64,000 nt of DNA, from the NCBI GenBank assembly GCA_963828125.1, contig CAWHDP010000002.1:544001-608000 (forward strand). Direction: 5' to 3'. The stretch's first letter is position 1; each line of letters opens with the position of its first letter. The position numbers were made by a program, and so were the translations under genes. Origin of the DNA: an uncultured Chlamydiae bacterium (GTDB taxonomy: Bacteria; Chlamydiota; Chlamydiia; Chlamydiales; SM23-39). The notes beneath the pieces were generated by a model. That model saw only the letters and a list, made by a program, of their open reading frames with translations, had not been told where the DNA came from and ran no database searches. This document shows, piece by piece, positions 55,301 through 64,000 of this stretch.

Positions 55301-58300
55301 CTCTTTGAGAAGGCCATTGGTTGTGTAATGACGTGTTGTTTGACCTCCAGATGGCGATGTGAGAGTTTCAAGGAGCCCCCCTGCTTCGTAAGAAAAAAGA
55401 GCTGTATGTCCCTCTTTAGTTTCCGATTTTACTCGGCCAAGGGGATCGTAGTCTCTATAAGTTACATATCCTCTAGGATCTGTTTCTTCGATGAGATATC
55501 CACAAGAATTGTATTCGTAAAGGGTATAGGCAATCGAACGGCTGGGGGTAAGAGATTGTCTCTTTGCTTTGGCGAGGCCTGAGGCGTGGTAATCAAAGTA
55601 GACGATATTCTCAGAATTCTCTGTCTGCTTCCATGTAGGAGCGCTATTCAGATCGTATCCGATATATGATGCAGCAATCAGCTCCCCCGAAGGTGAAAAT
55701 ACCTTTGATTCGATTTGATTCCCCATAAGATCGTAGTCATTCTCTTGGGTTCCGTCGATGGCTCTGATTTCTATGCATTGCCCTTGATGATTGTAGGTAT
55801 AAGTGGTGACAACATCTGGATCATCCGTTCCCGTCATTTGGATTTTTTCTTTTGGGAAACCTCGATCGTTATAATGCCAGACAGTGATCGCCCCAGAACG
55901 GTCTTCTTTTTCCAGTTGTCCCAAGGAGTTGTAATCGAAATCAACGTAGGAAGTCAGGGTGTTTTCGCTGTATTTCTCGATTCTTTTTGGTAAATAAGGA
56001 AATGTAGTGTCATAGGAAGTGAGCGTTTTTTGCCCATAGACTTCTTCTTTAATGCAGAGATTTCTCTCATTGTAGGCAAGTTTCTTGGTAGCTTTTGATT
56101 CCCCTCTTCCTGTGAGATCCTCACCTTCAATCGTGATGAATTCAGGATTCCCACGATCGTCGTAAAGGTAAGAGGTTATGAGTCCTCGTTTATCCGTTAT
56201 GGACTGTAGGCTTCGGATAGCTCCGCCCTTTTGATTCCATTCCACAACTCGCTCAGTTTCTGGATCAAACCACGACTCTTTGTCTATAAACCAAGCTTGA
56301 AGCGTGATAAAACCAAGAGGATCGGTGATTTTGTAGATCTGTTTATCATGGATTTGATATGTGGTTTTATTTCCTTCGGCATCTGCGACAATCGTTTTCC
56401 CATCGACATATTCAAATGTAGCTGTCGTGATCATTTGTTGGTTATAACCCATGGGAGATCTTTGCTCTTTGACTTGTCCCTTATCGGTATAGACGTTTTC
56501 TAGGACTTTCCCATGAGGCTTTGTTTCTCGAATGATCCGATGGTTCCGATCGTATGTGTAGCTAATCTCAGCCGTATTGGGGAGCGTGACTTTAACAAGA
56601 TCTCCTTGAGAATCATAATCGTAAGAAATACGCCGACCGTCTTTTGCATAGATTTCAGAGATATTGCCTTCATGATTGTAATGGACCCCGCAGAAATCTC
56701 CATTGGAACTTTCGATACGGGATAAGCGATCATTTTTATAGGAGAAAGAGAGGGTATGCCCTCTAGCATCTGACCATTGTTGAAGAAGTCCCTCTTTGTA
56801 GGATCTTTTTGATCCATCCGCTCCATATAAGACATCATTTTCGATGTAGGAATGGAAAGGGCTAGCAGAGCTGCCTATTCCCTGCTGATTAAAATTGGAG
56901 AGCTCTGGATTTTCTTCGGGGAAGACTTCCCATCGATCGGTCTGCCGATTGTAGCTGTAAACGATCACCGTTCCGTCTAATTCAGCAGCAAAGCGTTTAC
57001 CGTCTTGGTCTACAAGAAACGGATTTAAGCTGAGCTTCCATCCGCAACCGAGATCACCAATGAGTGGGTTTTGGCTATTATAGTTACGGCGAATGGTTAG
57101 AGGGAAAGGTCCTGGAAGAACCAGATCGATTTCATCGATATAGAACGCTCCTGATACAATATCAATGGGGTCTGCTACAAAGTTCCAGCTATCTCTAAAA
57201 CCTGCTCTTACATCAGAAATCCAATCTCTCTTTCCTGGTATAGATTTTTCAATGGTTGGAACAGGATGAGCTGGAAGGTTCGAGAAATTAGTCTGCGCAG
57301 GAACTTGGAGTGCATAGCCATTCGTATAGCTACTAGATGTAGGGACAAGATCCCAATTTCTAATCGCCCAGGGAGAAAGATAGTAGTTGGGAAGTGGGGT
57401 CCCCAGACCTCCATTGGTTACGATGTCGTTAATAGAAATCAGGGCATACCATGCATGAGGGCTTATGATGATAGTCCCCATTTCCTTACGCATTCCATCT
57501 AAGCTAGTTACCAATCCAGGAGTCATATAAGCATAGGTCCAACTGCTACATGGTTGATTCGGATCCATAAGAGTTTGCAGCATGTTCCATTGCCACGGCG
57601 ATACAGTCTTTAAATCAGAAAGATTGAAGTCTTTTAAATTAGAAAAATACTGGCTTTGAGCGGACTTAGGGTTTTTATTGGCAGCTTCAAAACTAGCTGG
57701 AGTAAGAGTCAAAAACCCCGCTCCTTCTAATCCTTGCTTTTGTTGCTCAAGATGAGCTAACTGCAGTAGTTTCACCGTAGAAACAGCATAGTCGTCTTTA
57801 AAAATTTCTCGTAAAATCTGATGTTCATTCGAAGAACCGTCAATTAGAGAGAGCGCTTCAAAACCAGTCCTCGCTGTATGCAGCTCCTGATGCCAGGCTG
57901 AAGGAGTTGATAACTCCGAAGGACCCGCATGAAAGCGGAACATATCGACTTGAGGAAGTACTAGGTCTTCCTCTCCTCTAAAAGGGCCTTTTGAAAGGTC
58001 AGGAGAGAGCTTAGCAAGTCCAAAAGCAAATGGGGAGGTAGGATTGACCTTATGCAAGGCAGCAAGAATATTGGTTGATCTACTGCATTTCTCGAAATAT
58101 GAGGCTCCAACAAAGGCCAAAAGAGATAAAAGTTTCTTTTTCTCATCTTTTTGAACTTTAAATTGCTCAAAATATTGGGAGGTCACTTTGGGACTATCCC
58201 CACCGAAATGTGAACAAAGTGCTGCACTAGTCCCTTTCTCTATCCAGAACGTTTGTTTTTGGGCAAGACTCTGATTCCCAAGAAGAAATTCTACTTGAAT

Positions 58301-60793
58301 AGAGATATCAATAACCCGATCTGAGGAATCCAGCTGAACTGCAGATAAATCTTTTCCTGCCAATTGAGCGAAAAGAGTCTGATTGTTCCCATTGGTATCA
58401 AAACGAATAAAAGATGCTCCCGAATTGAAAAAAGGTACCGGGAATGTACGAGAGATTAATTTTTTAGGATTTTGACGAGAATTTATATCTATTTTCATCC
58501 AAGCATATATTTGGGGAATCGCATCTAATGAGTTATAAATTTGAGGTTGAGATTGGATGCTGGGATGGGGAAAATCGCCCCAACAGGAGTATTGTTTTTT
58601 TAGTTGGATTCGATGAACCCCAACATCGCTTAAGTGTAACCCCTGTTTTCTTAAATTCTCTTCCACAAAACGGACAAAAAGCACCCCGGCCGTGTCGTCT
58701 CCGTCAGGTCCAATATGCTTGAAGATTTCTTGGTCTCCTTTCAGGTACTGTAAGATCCATTGATCGGCGCCCGCATATTTTTCTGGTAAAAAGCTGTAAA
58801 GGTCATGTCCTTCATGGACTTGGATATCCTTCATCCAAGGAAAAAGAGAGATCCATTCCCTACCGTCAAAAAATAAGACCCATGGATATTTAAGCAGAGC
58901 TTCCTGTTTGTCTTCCGGCAGTTTGGTTAAAAGCATTCGCTCTACAAAATCCTTAGGAAGTGAGCAAGAGTCTCCTAAAGCATAGACTGCTTTGAAACCC
59001 GCTTTGCGTAAAAGGTAAACGAGTAGCTGACATTGCTCCCAAGCAGATCCTTGTTTTTCAAGAAATGTTGTACAAGGATTTCTATAAACACTTACTGGAT
59101 GAATGACACCATTTTCTTGATGGAAAAATGCATCGACGAGAGCAATTTCATTTTGGACAAAGCTAGCCAACGCTAGAGGGTCTTTTCTCAGCTCTTCAAC
59201 GAGCTGATCCAATACAGGATAAACCATCGATTCTAACGAAGTGATGAGCCGTTGCTCCCCTTCTTTCAGCGTTACATCTATAGAGGGTAGTGAAGTAGAA
59301 TTTATAGGTTTATTGGGTTGAGCCGAAGCTGGTTTTCTCAAAGTTTCAAGCTGCCATGGTGGAGGAGCTGAAAATTGACACACATAGTGTGCCGAGTCTT
59401 CCCCTAAGGAAATCACAAATTGGTAACGCAAGTCCGTACTTTTTTGTGAAACAATCAAAGAAAATTTGTTGTGTGGATCAGCAGCAAAACTTAGACGCAG
59501 GTCTAAACCGAAGTCCGACTTCAGTTTTGTATCCGGAATGAAAACCATTCCATTCTTTAGATAGTCTTCCCAACTATCGGTATTTTTAAAAGGAAGAGCG
59601 ATTTTTTCTGTATGGACTTCCTGTCCATTTTCAAGAACTTTGATGGTGAGCTCGGGCTCGGACGTGTGGCTTTGGATCAAAAATCGATAAAACTGATCTG
59701 TATAAAGAGAAAAATCCCCTTCCTTTTTCCCTGTTTGCCCATCTAGTGGAACTATTCTAGGAAGAGGCTCATTTTTAACCGTTTCAGGCAAATAAAGATC
59801 AGGGTTTAAAAGGAAATCACTTTTAAAAAATAACTCTCTCCTCTCTTTTTCCCGAGCCTCGAATTCCTCTTTAGAAAAAACTGGTTTTACATCTGTTAAT
59901 CGGTTGTCATCAGCTTCTTTCTCAAAAGCAGCAACAAATTCCTCTAATTGCGCTTGTTCCTGTTTGAGAGCAGAAGCTTCCTCGCTGGTATTTCCATCAA
60001 GTAATTGTTCTAATAGGAAAAGGGCGTGTTTTTGTAAGTCATAGCAGCTTCGCTTTAATCCTTTTTCTGTCAAAAGCCTGCAGTCTGATTTGATTTCTGC
60101 TATTTTCTCTTTGCAGACTGCTCTATTATTCGCCGCGGCAGACGGCCACTCAACTGCTTCGTTTTTGTATTTCTCAGCTAGTTCTTGATAATTTGCTGCC
60201 TGACGCCTTAAGGCTGCCTTGTCTTCTTCTTGAGGATAAGGATTGATAAGAGATAGAGCTTGATTTGTAAGAGAAAAAGCTTCTTCATAGAGTTTTGCTA
60301 TTTCATTGAGAACCGAAACAACCTCATCGGCATTATTGAATCCCCTTTCACAACTTCTACCTTTATTTCCTGCTACTGCAGCTTTTTCCAGGCTTGTATT
60401 ATAAAGAGCTGTGGCAGAAATATTCGCCTCAACCCTGCCGATGTCGATCTGCAGTTGATTAATCTCTGCATTTAACCCCCGTTTTTCTTTCTCACATCGA
60501 CTTTTTAAATCCACTCTCCACTGTTTTTTGCGATCATCTTTTTTCTTACTGGCGATATCATTTAGAATGGCATCGCAGTGCCCCACGGCTCTTTGGCAAC
60601 ATGCGAGCGATTCCTTAAGGAGCTGAAGTCCTTCTTGAGTATACGGCTTTTTCTGAAATTGCTGGATTAGTTCAGTGTGTCGATTCCATTCGGGAAGAAT
60701 TTTGTGAAAGATGTTCGCACATTCTTCTTGGTTAAGAGCATACATCAAGGTGGGAAGGAGAAAGACAATGAGAAAAAAACGCTGCCATTTCAT
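52316..60793 (-). CDS. Giant RHS toxin: signal peptide, coiled coil, transglutaminase-like, DUF6531-like, YD repeats, RHS core, alpha/beta-hydrolase CT
   Basis: TFLEKQGSAWEQCQLLVYLLRKAG; ADPID.VSG...LTIRRNYNS...LG.GW; RYYD...QFLSQDP...YAYANGDPVNYFDPDG; FINGINN...ISHSGG. Confidence 0.92.
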   Translation of the reverse strand: MKWQRFFLIVFLLPTLMYALNQEECANIFHKILPEWNRHTELIQQFQKKPYTQEGLQLLKESLACCQRAVGHCDAILNDIASKKKDDRKKQWRVDLKSRCEKEKRGLNAEINQLQIDIGRVEANISATALYNTSLEKAAVAGNKGRSCERGFNNADEVVSVLNEIAKLYEEAFSLTNQALSLINPYPQEEDKAALRRQAANYQELAEKYKNEAVEWPSAAANNRAVCKEKIAEIKSDCRLLTEKGLKRSCYDLQKHALFLLEQLLDGNTSEEASALKQEQAQLEEFVAAFEKEADDNRLTDVKPVFSKEEFEAREKERRELFFKSDFLLNPDLYLPETVKNEPLPRIVPLDGQTGKKEGDFSLYTDQFYRFLIQSHTSEPELTIKVLENGQEVHTEKIALPFKNTDSWEDYLKNGMVFIPDTKLKSDFGLDLRLSFAADPHNKFSLIVSQKSTDLRYQFVISLGEDSAHYVCQFSAPPPWQLETLRKPASAQPNKPINSTSLPSIDVTLKEGEQRLITSLESMVYPVLDQLVEELRKDPLALASFVQNEIALVDAFFHQENGVIHPVSVYRNPCTTFLEKQGSAWEQCQLLVYLLRKAGFKAVYALGDSCSLPKDFVERMLLTKLPEDKQEALLKYPWVLFFDGREWISLFPWMKDIQVHEGHDLYSFLPEKYAGADQWILQYLKGDQEIFKHIGPDGDDTAGVLFVRFVEENLRKQGLHLSDVGVHRIQLKKQYSCWGDFPHPSIQSQPQIYNSLDAIPQIYAWMKIDINSRQNPKKLISRTFPVPFFNSGASFIRFDTNGNNQTLFAQLAGKDLSAVQLDSSDRVIDISIQVEFLLGNQSLAQKQTFWIEKGTSAALCSHFGGDSPKVTSQYFEQFKVQKDEKKKLLSLLAFVGASYFEKCSRSTNILAALHKVNPTSPFAFGLAKLSPDLSKGPFRGEEDLVLPQVDMFRFHAGPSELSTPSAWHQELHTARTGFEALSLIDGSSNEHQILREIFKDDYAVSTVKLLQLAHLEQQKQGLEGAGFLTLTPASFEAANKNPKSAQSQYFSNLKDFNLSDLKTVSPWQWNMLQTLMDPNQPCSSWTYAYMTPGLVTSLDGMRKEMGTIIISPHAWYALISINDIVTNGGLGTPLPNYYLSPWAIRNWDLVPTSSSYTNGYALQVPAQTNFSNLPAHPVPTIEKSIPGKRDWISDVRAGFRDSWNFVADPIDIVSGAFYIDEIDLVLPGPFPLTIRRNYNSQNPLIGDLGCGWKLSLNPFLVDQDGKRFAAELDGTVIVYSYNRQTDRWEVFPEENPELSNFNQQGIGSSASPFHSYIENDVLYGADGSKRSYKEGLLQQWSDARGHTLSFSYKNDRLSRIESSNGDFCGVHYNHEGNISEIYAKDGRRISYDYDSQGDLVKVTLPNTAEISYTYDRNHRIIRETKPHGKVLENVYTDKGQVKEQRSPMGYNQQMITTATFEYVDGKTIVADAEGNKTTYQIHDKQIYKITDPLGFITLQAWFIDKESWFDPETERVVEWNQKGGAIRSLQSITDKRGLITSYLYDDRGNPEFITIEGEDLTGRGESKATKKLAYNERNLCIKEEVYGQKTLTSYDTTFPYLPKRIEKYSENTLTSYVDFDYNSLGQLEKEDRSGAITVWHYNDRGFPKEKIQMTGTDDPDVVTTYTYNHQGQCIEIRAIDGTQENDYDLMGNQIESKVFSPSGELIAASYIGYDLNSAPTWKQTENSENIVYFDYHASGLAKAKRQSLTPSRSIAYTLYEYNSCGYLIEETDPRGYVTYRDYDPLGRVKSETKEGHTALFSYEAGGLLETLTSPSGGQTTRHYTTNGLLKEEIYPDGTKNTTVYDVLGRPVLETKKGISWEITYDDPHHRVIRTHLATKNSEISGFDPRGNLIKFTDAAGYTSEKTYDSLNRPKTEISPSGKHTSWKYQDNLVVCTLPSGETTTTQYAGARAIKSETSDSRGTLISVSELQVDLEHDKEEVIEGDERTVTWRNALGLPIKIEKGEITAKYEYDACGNRIISIDGDGRITRQEFDGLGRLTQKYLPDGTVLEFVYDLDSNLAEYHLPNGNVWKASYDSMHRKKSEELISSRGSSERWTFSYENGYLREARDPMQRTHTYLYDDYGRVFQDSVEGGKRTYTYEPRGFLRAASQTTDVASSWLSSWVYGSQNENSLVERSYDADGNLALESVYLNSNLIQETKQKWTANSRSLQIGNHVRDFFYQNNQLIQVSTQAVGVSYSYELSGTLKSKNSRLSSTTIDYNSSGLPETVVTSLPEGFYQEQLNWYPSGKIYTYTAPGRDQSFSYNERGHLISTGSEKYDFDFGSAGAGVRTAAPGWYVPQNGLDDFGRILASVFEKTSLSTGYNAIGEVITHGQKQLSWDPWGKLTKVTDPSYLWEASYDALGRRLQTRYTKSGEQTLITHSLYDPEEEFQEIGVQIEGKTFWKIYGPDACDAISDETGASVTLMHNALRQLTGVVSHQGILYSETPPSFYGPLEINPSVSSDLISYAQSLNWHSKAQDPTGFIWMGDRYYDSRSGQFLSQDPVSYPMCLDLYAYANGDPVNYFDPDGRFASPVYQSIKPLVIGALQPFNGLNQAIQGFNAIPAYLANHDLMRSGSFQVGSFDLPCGGIGFINGINNQQTKSIASAQQLSQYAGGAKVYGIYNATNWDSIQWVSIVIDVLECGLGHMRMHTPPVQLLKNQWNHFIATHGPDEKFLQISHSGGALQVYNALLTSPKSVQQRIISLALAPAAIIPEELCFRSYNYMSRRDIVTRLDVIGKIKYGNQLQVLEPHPNANFWDHEFLSPTFAPKIRRHINDYIENYGGKK

Positions 60794-61007
60794 AAGTGAT
60801 CATTGCATATAAGAAAAAAAAAGATCTTATCCAAAATCCCTTTTCCCTCAGAAGAGAAAACTTGCTTTGATACAATTTCCGTGGACCATTTGTGGACCAC
60901 TGGCATGCAAAAAAGTGCGATAAATGACGACAGTTCACAGTAGCTTGAAAGGCTAGCTTTCCGCTATGATTCCGGGGAGTTAGCTGCTGGGAAGTGGCGA
61001 AGGTGCT

Positions 61008-61054
61008 GCGGACTCATAACCCGTTGGTCCCTGGTTCAAGTCCAGGTTGCCCCA
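61008..61054 (+). repeat. att site: tRNA 3' half, 1 mismatch
   Basis: gcggactcataacccgttggtccctggttcaagtccaggttgcccca. Confidence 0.95.
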
Positions 61055-61220
61055 TATTTTCAACCAACGCAATTCCAGGAACTTAAGCGCGTACCTCTTG
61101 CCCTAAAAATATCTTTTAGGCTACGTTCCAGCGCTTACGGTGCAAAAACGGTGCAGCGAAAAGCAACTCTATTCGCCACTGCAATCCAGCCACCTAAACA
61201 CATAACCATAAGGTGGAACC

Positions 61221-62294
61221 ATGGCAGTATACAAAAGAAAAGACGGTAAAAGCTGGCGCGCAGTCGTCCGGATGAAGGGCTACCCTACAGTCTGCGATCA
61301 CTTCGATCGAAAGCCGGAAGCTGAAGACTGGGTACGCGACACCCGCAACAAGATCAAACTCGGCCAGTACAAATTTGACCAACATAAAAAGCACCACACC
61401 TTCAACAGCCTCCTAGAGCAATACATTGCAAACGGCGCTCTCGAACACCACCGTTCCGCCGATGATACACGCCACCACCTCTCCTACTGGCAATCTCGCT
61501 TCGGCTCTTACGATCTCGTCCACATCACCCACGAATTCATCGCCAAAGAAAGGCTCCTCCTTTCAAACACTCCCTCGGCGTCTGGGAAAAAACGCACGAA
61601 CTCCACAGTCAATCGATACACCGCCTCCCTATCCGCCATCTTCACCTACGCTACCCGCCAACTCCATTGGATCAGCGAAAGCCCCTGCATCCATCTTCAA
61701 AAACTCAAAGAAAACCCTGGACGCGACCGCATCCTCTCCGAAGCTGAAATTGAACGCCTCCTCGATGCCTGCCGCAAAAGCCGCAGCACCTATCTCTACT
61801 GCATCATCATCCTCTCTCTCACAACCGGCGCCCGCCAGGGTGAAATCCTCAATCTCGAATGGAAAGATTTAGACTTCAATAATCGCCTCGCCTATCTGAA
61901 GCAAACTAAAAATGGCCGTCCCCGCAGCATCTCCCTCGCCGATCCCGTCATTGATGAGCTCAAGCGCCTCTACGAACTCCGCCATCCCCTCAAGCCTCTC
62001 GTGTTTGCCAGTAAAACCGCCTTTGGCCGCATCGACATCAAGAAAGCCTGGCAAACAGTCCTGCGTATTGCTGGAATCACCAATTGCCGGGCACACGACA
62101 TGCGCCACACCTTCGCAACGTTCGCCGCTGCGCAAGGCGCCTCCAACCTCGAACTCGCCACCGCAATGGGCCACCGCACGCTGCAAATGCTCCAAAGGTA
62201 TACACATTTGGATGTACAAGTGACGAAGAGGTTCAGCAAAAATATCTCTGAGAAAATTCTCTGGACGGAGCCAACTCTCACTGATCTTCTTTAA
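61221..62294 (+). CDS. int: Tyrosine recombinase/integrase (intact)
   Basis: TGARQGE, TKNG, AHDMRH, GH, RYTH. Confidence 0.95.
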   Translation: MAVYKRKDGKSWRAVVRMKGYPTVCDHFDRKPEAEDWVRDTRNKIKLGQYKFDQHKKHHTFNSLLEQYIANGALEHHRSADDTRHHLSYWQSRFGSYDLVHITHEFIAKERLLLSNTPSASGKKRTNSTVNRYTASLSAIFTYATRQLHWISESPCIHLQKLKENPGRDRILSEAEIERLLDACRKSRSTYLYCIIILSLTTGARQGEILNLEWKDLDFNNRLAYLKQTKNGRPRSISLADPVIDELKRLYELRHPLKPLVFASKTAFGRIDIKKAWQTVLRIAGITNCRAHDMRHTFATFAAAQGASNLELATAMGHRTLQMLQRYTHLDVQVTKRFSKNISEKILWTEPTLTDLL

Positions 62295-62447
62295 AACCAT
62301 TGACGGGCAGCACCTATGAAATTTTTCTCTTTCAGAATACACGCAACTATCTAGGAATAAATTGCTTGTATTTTTAACACATAAGATTATGTAATTCAGG
62401 CACCCACTTGATGTTTTTGGGTACTTGTGTTACATCCGGACAAGCCC

Positions 62448-62990
62448 TTAACTTCCATTACTTGTTTCATTTACAATTTTTAAGGCGTCATCATATGATT
62501 CTGTAATGGTTGATTTGTATTTAAATGTATCATTTTGATCTGTTGTTTTATAAATCAACTTCCCTTTTCTTGCACTGGCTACACCAATATTCGGATCATA
62601 TACATCCATACCCCATTTATTTCTTACAAAAAGCCGTATTCCAATTTCCTGAGACGTGAATGGATATACTTTGAGATAAGGCCGAAGTTCTTCATTACTA
62701 TTCACAACTGAAAGAAATTCCTCTACACAACTTACTAATATGCTTCTCAATTGATCTTTGGTCAATGGACCCTGAATATCAAAAGCTAAAAACATCTCTC
62801 TGACACAATCATAAAAAGATCCTCCTTCACCAATCGGAGTCATTTGGAATTCTTTTGAAAGTTTTTTGGCTACTTCATTGCGAATTTCATCTGCAAGTAT
62901 TACATACTTTGGAGAAACATGCTGATTGTTTGCAGAATTGTTGCATGAGCAAAAAAAAGAAATTAAAATAAACGCAAAAAACCTCATCAT
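62448..62990 (-). CDS. Lipoprotein, putative immunity; same family as 50319 and 51798
   Basis: FFCSC lipobox; SPKYV.LA.EI...AK.L...G.GG...F...RPYL..YPFT...I.IR.FV. Confidence 0.82.
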   Translation of the reverse strand: MMRFFAFILISFFCSCNNSANNQHVSPKYVILADEIRNEVAKKLSKEFQMTPIGEGGSFYDCVREMFLAFDIQGPLTKDQLRSILVSCVEEFLSVVNSNEELRPYLKVYPFTSQEIGIRLFVRNKWGMDVYDPNIGVASARKGKLIYKTTDQNDTFKYKSTITESYDDALKIVNETSNGS

Positions 62991-62997
62991 TTTCCAC

Positions 62998-63999
62998 CTA
63001 TTTATTAAAATAGTCATCAATTTCACCTTTTAGGGGCTCTCTGTATATCTTTCTGCTAAAGAAATGATCAATAAAAGGGACATATGAATGAGACGGCAAA
63101 TCAGTTATCGATCCATATTCGCGTTCTGAACCCAATCTATCGATTCTGGGTACAAAATCTCTCCATCTAGATTTCGCCCTATAATGAGCAGCTCTCTCAC
63201 AAGTTTGTCTGTAAACATATGTTGCAGGCGCAATCGCTACCACCACAATTCTACTTCTTCTCTCCTGCGGATAACCCAGAAGACTATTTCGTATGTGAAT
63301 AACCCCCTGACTATGACCGATCATCAGAAATCTTGCATCAGGAGAACTATTGTCAAAAAAGTTATCCCACATTTTATGTAATTGTAGCACAGGCTCTGTC
63401 GCTATGCAGCTTAGACCCATGTAGCACTCCAAAAGATCGACTATGTATCCATGAGTAGCATTATGAACATAATGCACATTATAATCTCCCGCTAATTGTG
63501 AAATATATTCTGCACTCTCTCTTGCATCTTCTCGACTGTTCCAAACTCCATTAATAAACCCAATTCCAAAATCGGCATTTTCCCCTCTTTGAAGATCGAA
63601 TACATTCGATTGGGTATGCCATGGATTGATTTCTCCCCAAATTTTTTCAAAAACAAGATCATATCCAATTTTTGGTAAACTTGAGATTACACTACTGCCA
63701 ATATCTCCCCCCCTTTTGCAATTGCGATGCCGCTCACAATAACAATGACTTTCCACCTCACCGTAGAAATACTCACGAAGAGGATCACCTGACGAGCCTT
63801 CTGCCGCAAGACCAAATGCATCAAAGGAGGTGAGCGGATTATTATGAAGAAAAGCGTAAAGGTTAGGGCCATCTAACGAACCTAAAGGGTCTGGGCTGAT
63901 CCACCTGCGGGCATCTGGATCGTAATATCGGAAGCCGAAATAGATCAATCCTGTCTCTTCATCCGTTCTTTTCTCCTTATACCTCCAGGGATTGCCTAT
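62998..63999 (-). CDS. RHS toxin, 3' part (core + alpha/beta-hydrolase CT)
   Basis: Frame open to the window end: NPWRY..KR.DEETGLIYFGFRYYDP...WISPDP...NLYAF..NNP..FDAFG; FINGVWN, GHSQG. Confidence 0.92.
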   Translation of the reverse strand: MGNPWRYKEKRTDEETGLIYFGFRYYDPDARRWISPDPLGSLDGPNLYAFLHNNPLTSFDAFGLAAEGSSGDPLREYFYGEVESHCYCERHRNCKRGGDIGSSVISSLPKIGYDLVFEKIWGEINPWHTQSNVFDLQRGENADFGIGFINGVWNSREDARESAEYISQLAGDYNVHYVHNATHGYIVDLLECYMGLSCIATEPVLQLHKMWDNFFDNSSPDARFLMIGHSQGVIHIRNSLLGYPQERRSRIVVVAIAPATYVYRQTCERAAHYRAKSRWRDFVPRIDRLGSEREYGSITDLPSHSYVPFIDHFFSRKIYREPLKGEIDDYFNK

Positions 64000-64000
64000 C

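Larger units (their letters stand above)
49357..61054. mobile_element. Integrative element 3 (chimeric arms) carrying a giant RHS toxin
   Basis: att at both ends; left arms CGGTGCAA (49490-49508), right arms GTGGACCA (60881-60899). Confidence 0.8.
61008..64000. mobile_element. Integrative element 4 (CGGTGCA arm class), runs off the window
   Basis: att, arms cggtgcaa-aaa-cggtgcag at 61138-61156, intact integrase, RHS cargo. Confidence 0.82.

Noticed and set aside
43084..61054. Extra tRNA genes at 43084, 49357 and 61008
   Set aside because: Only the anticodon-to-3' half is present, with no acceptor 5' strand or D-arm; these are att sites

Overview
Window from a Chlamydiae (environmental chlamydia-like) genome, judged from the RpoB N-terminus, gene order and chlamydia-type hypothetical genes. 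Bases 1-19900 are GC-richer core genome: rpoB (partial), rplL, rplJ, rplA, rplK, nusG, secE, tRNA-Trp, tufA, tRNA-Thr and infA, then sufE, an Inc-like membrane protein, a CPBP protease, an M24 peptidase, and HEAT, HIT, MYG1, PEBP, LOG-domain, DUF1207-like and MFS genes. From a tRNA(CAT) at 19980 to the end, the window is an AT-richer tandem array of at least five tyrosine-integrase elements. They are separated by copies of the tRNA 3' half (43084, 49357, 61008, and a truncated copy at 35697). Each att is flanked by 11-bp-period direct repeats of one of three classes (GACACA, GTGGACCA, CGGTGCA), and the class tracks the adjacent integrase type. Cargo includes an IS21, a translationally coupled Hsp70 / J-like membrane protein / AAA+ ATPase operon, an AbiE toxin-antitoxin pair, a DUF3800-like gene and decayed helicase and AlbA genes. 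It also includes a set of signal-peptide RHS polymorphic toxins. Three unrelated carrier proteins end in the same alpha/beta-hydrolase (H-S-x-G) domain, and each is followed by a small lipoprotein or membrane protein that is a candidate immunity protein. All family assignments come from motif recognition, not database searches.
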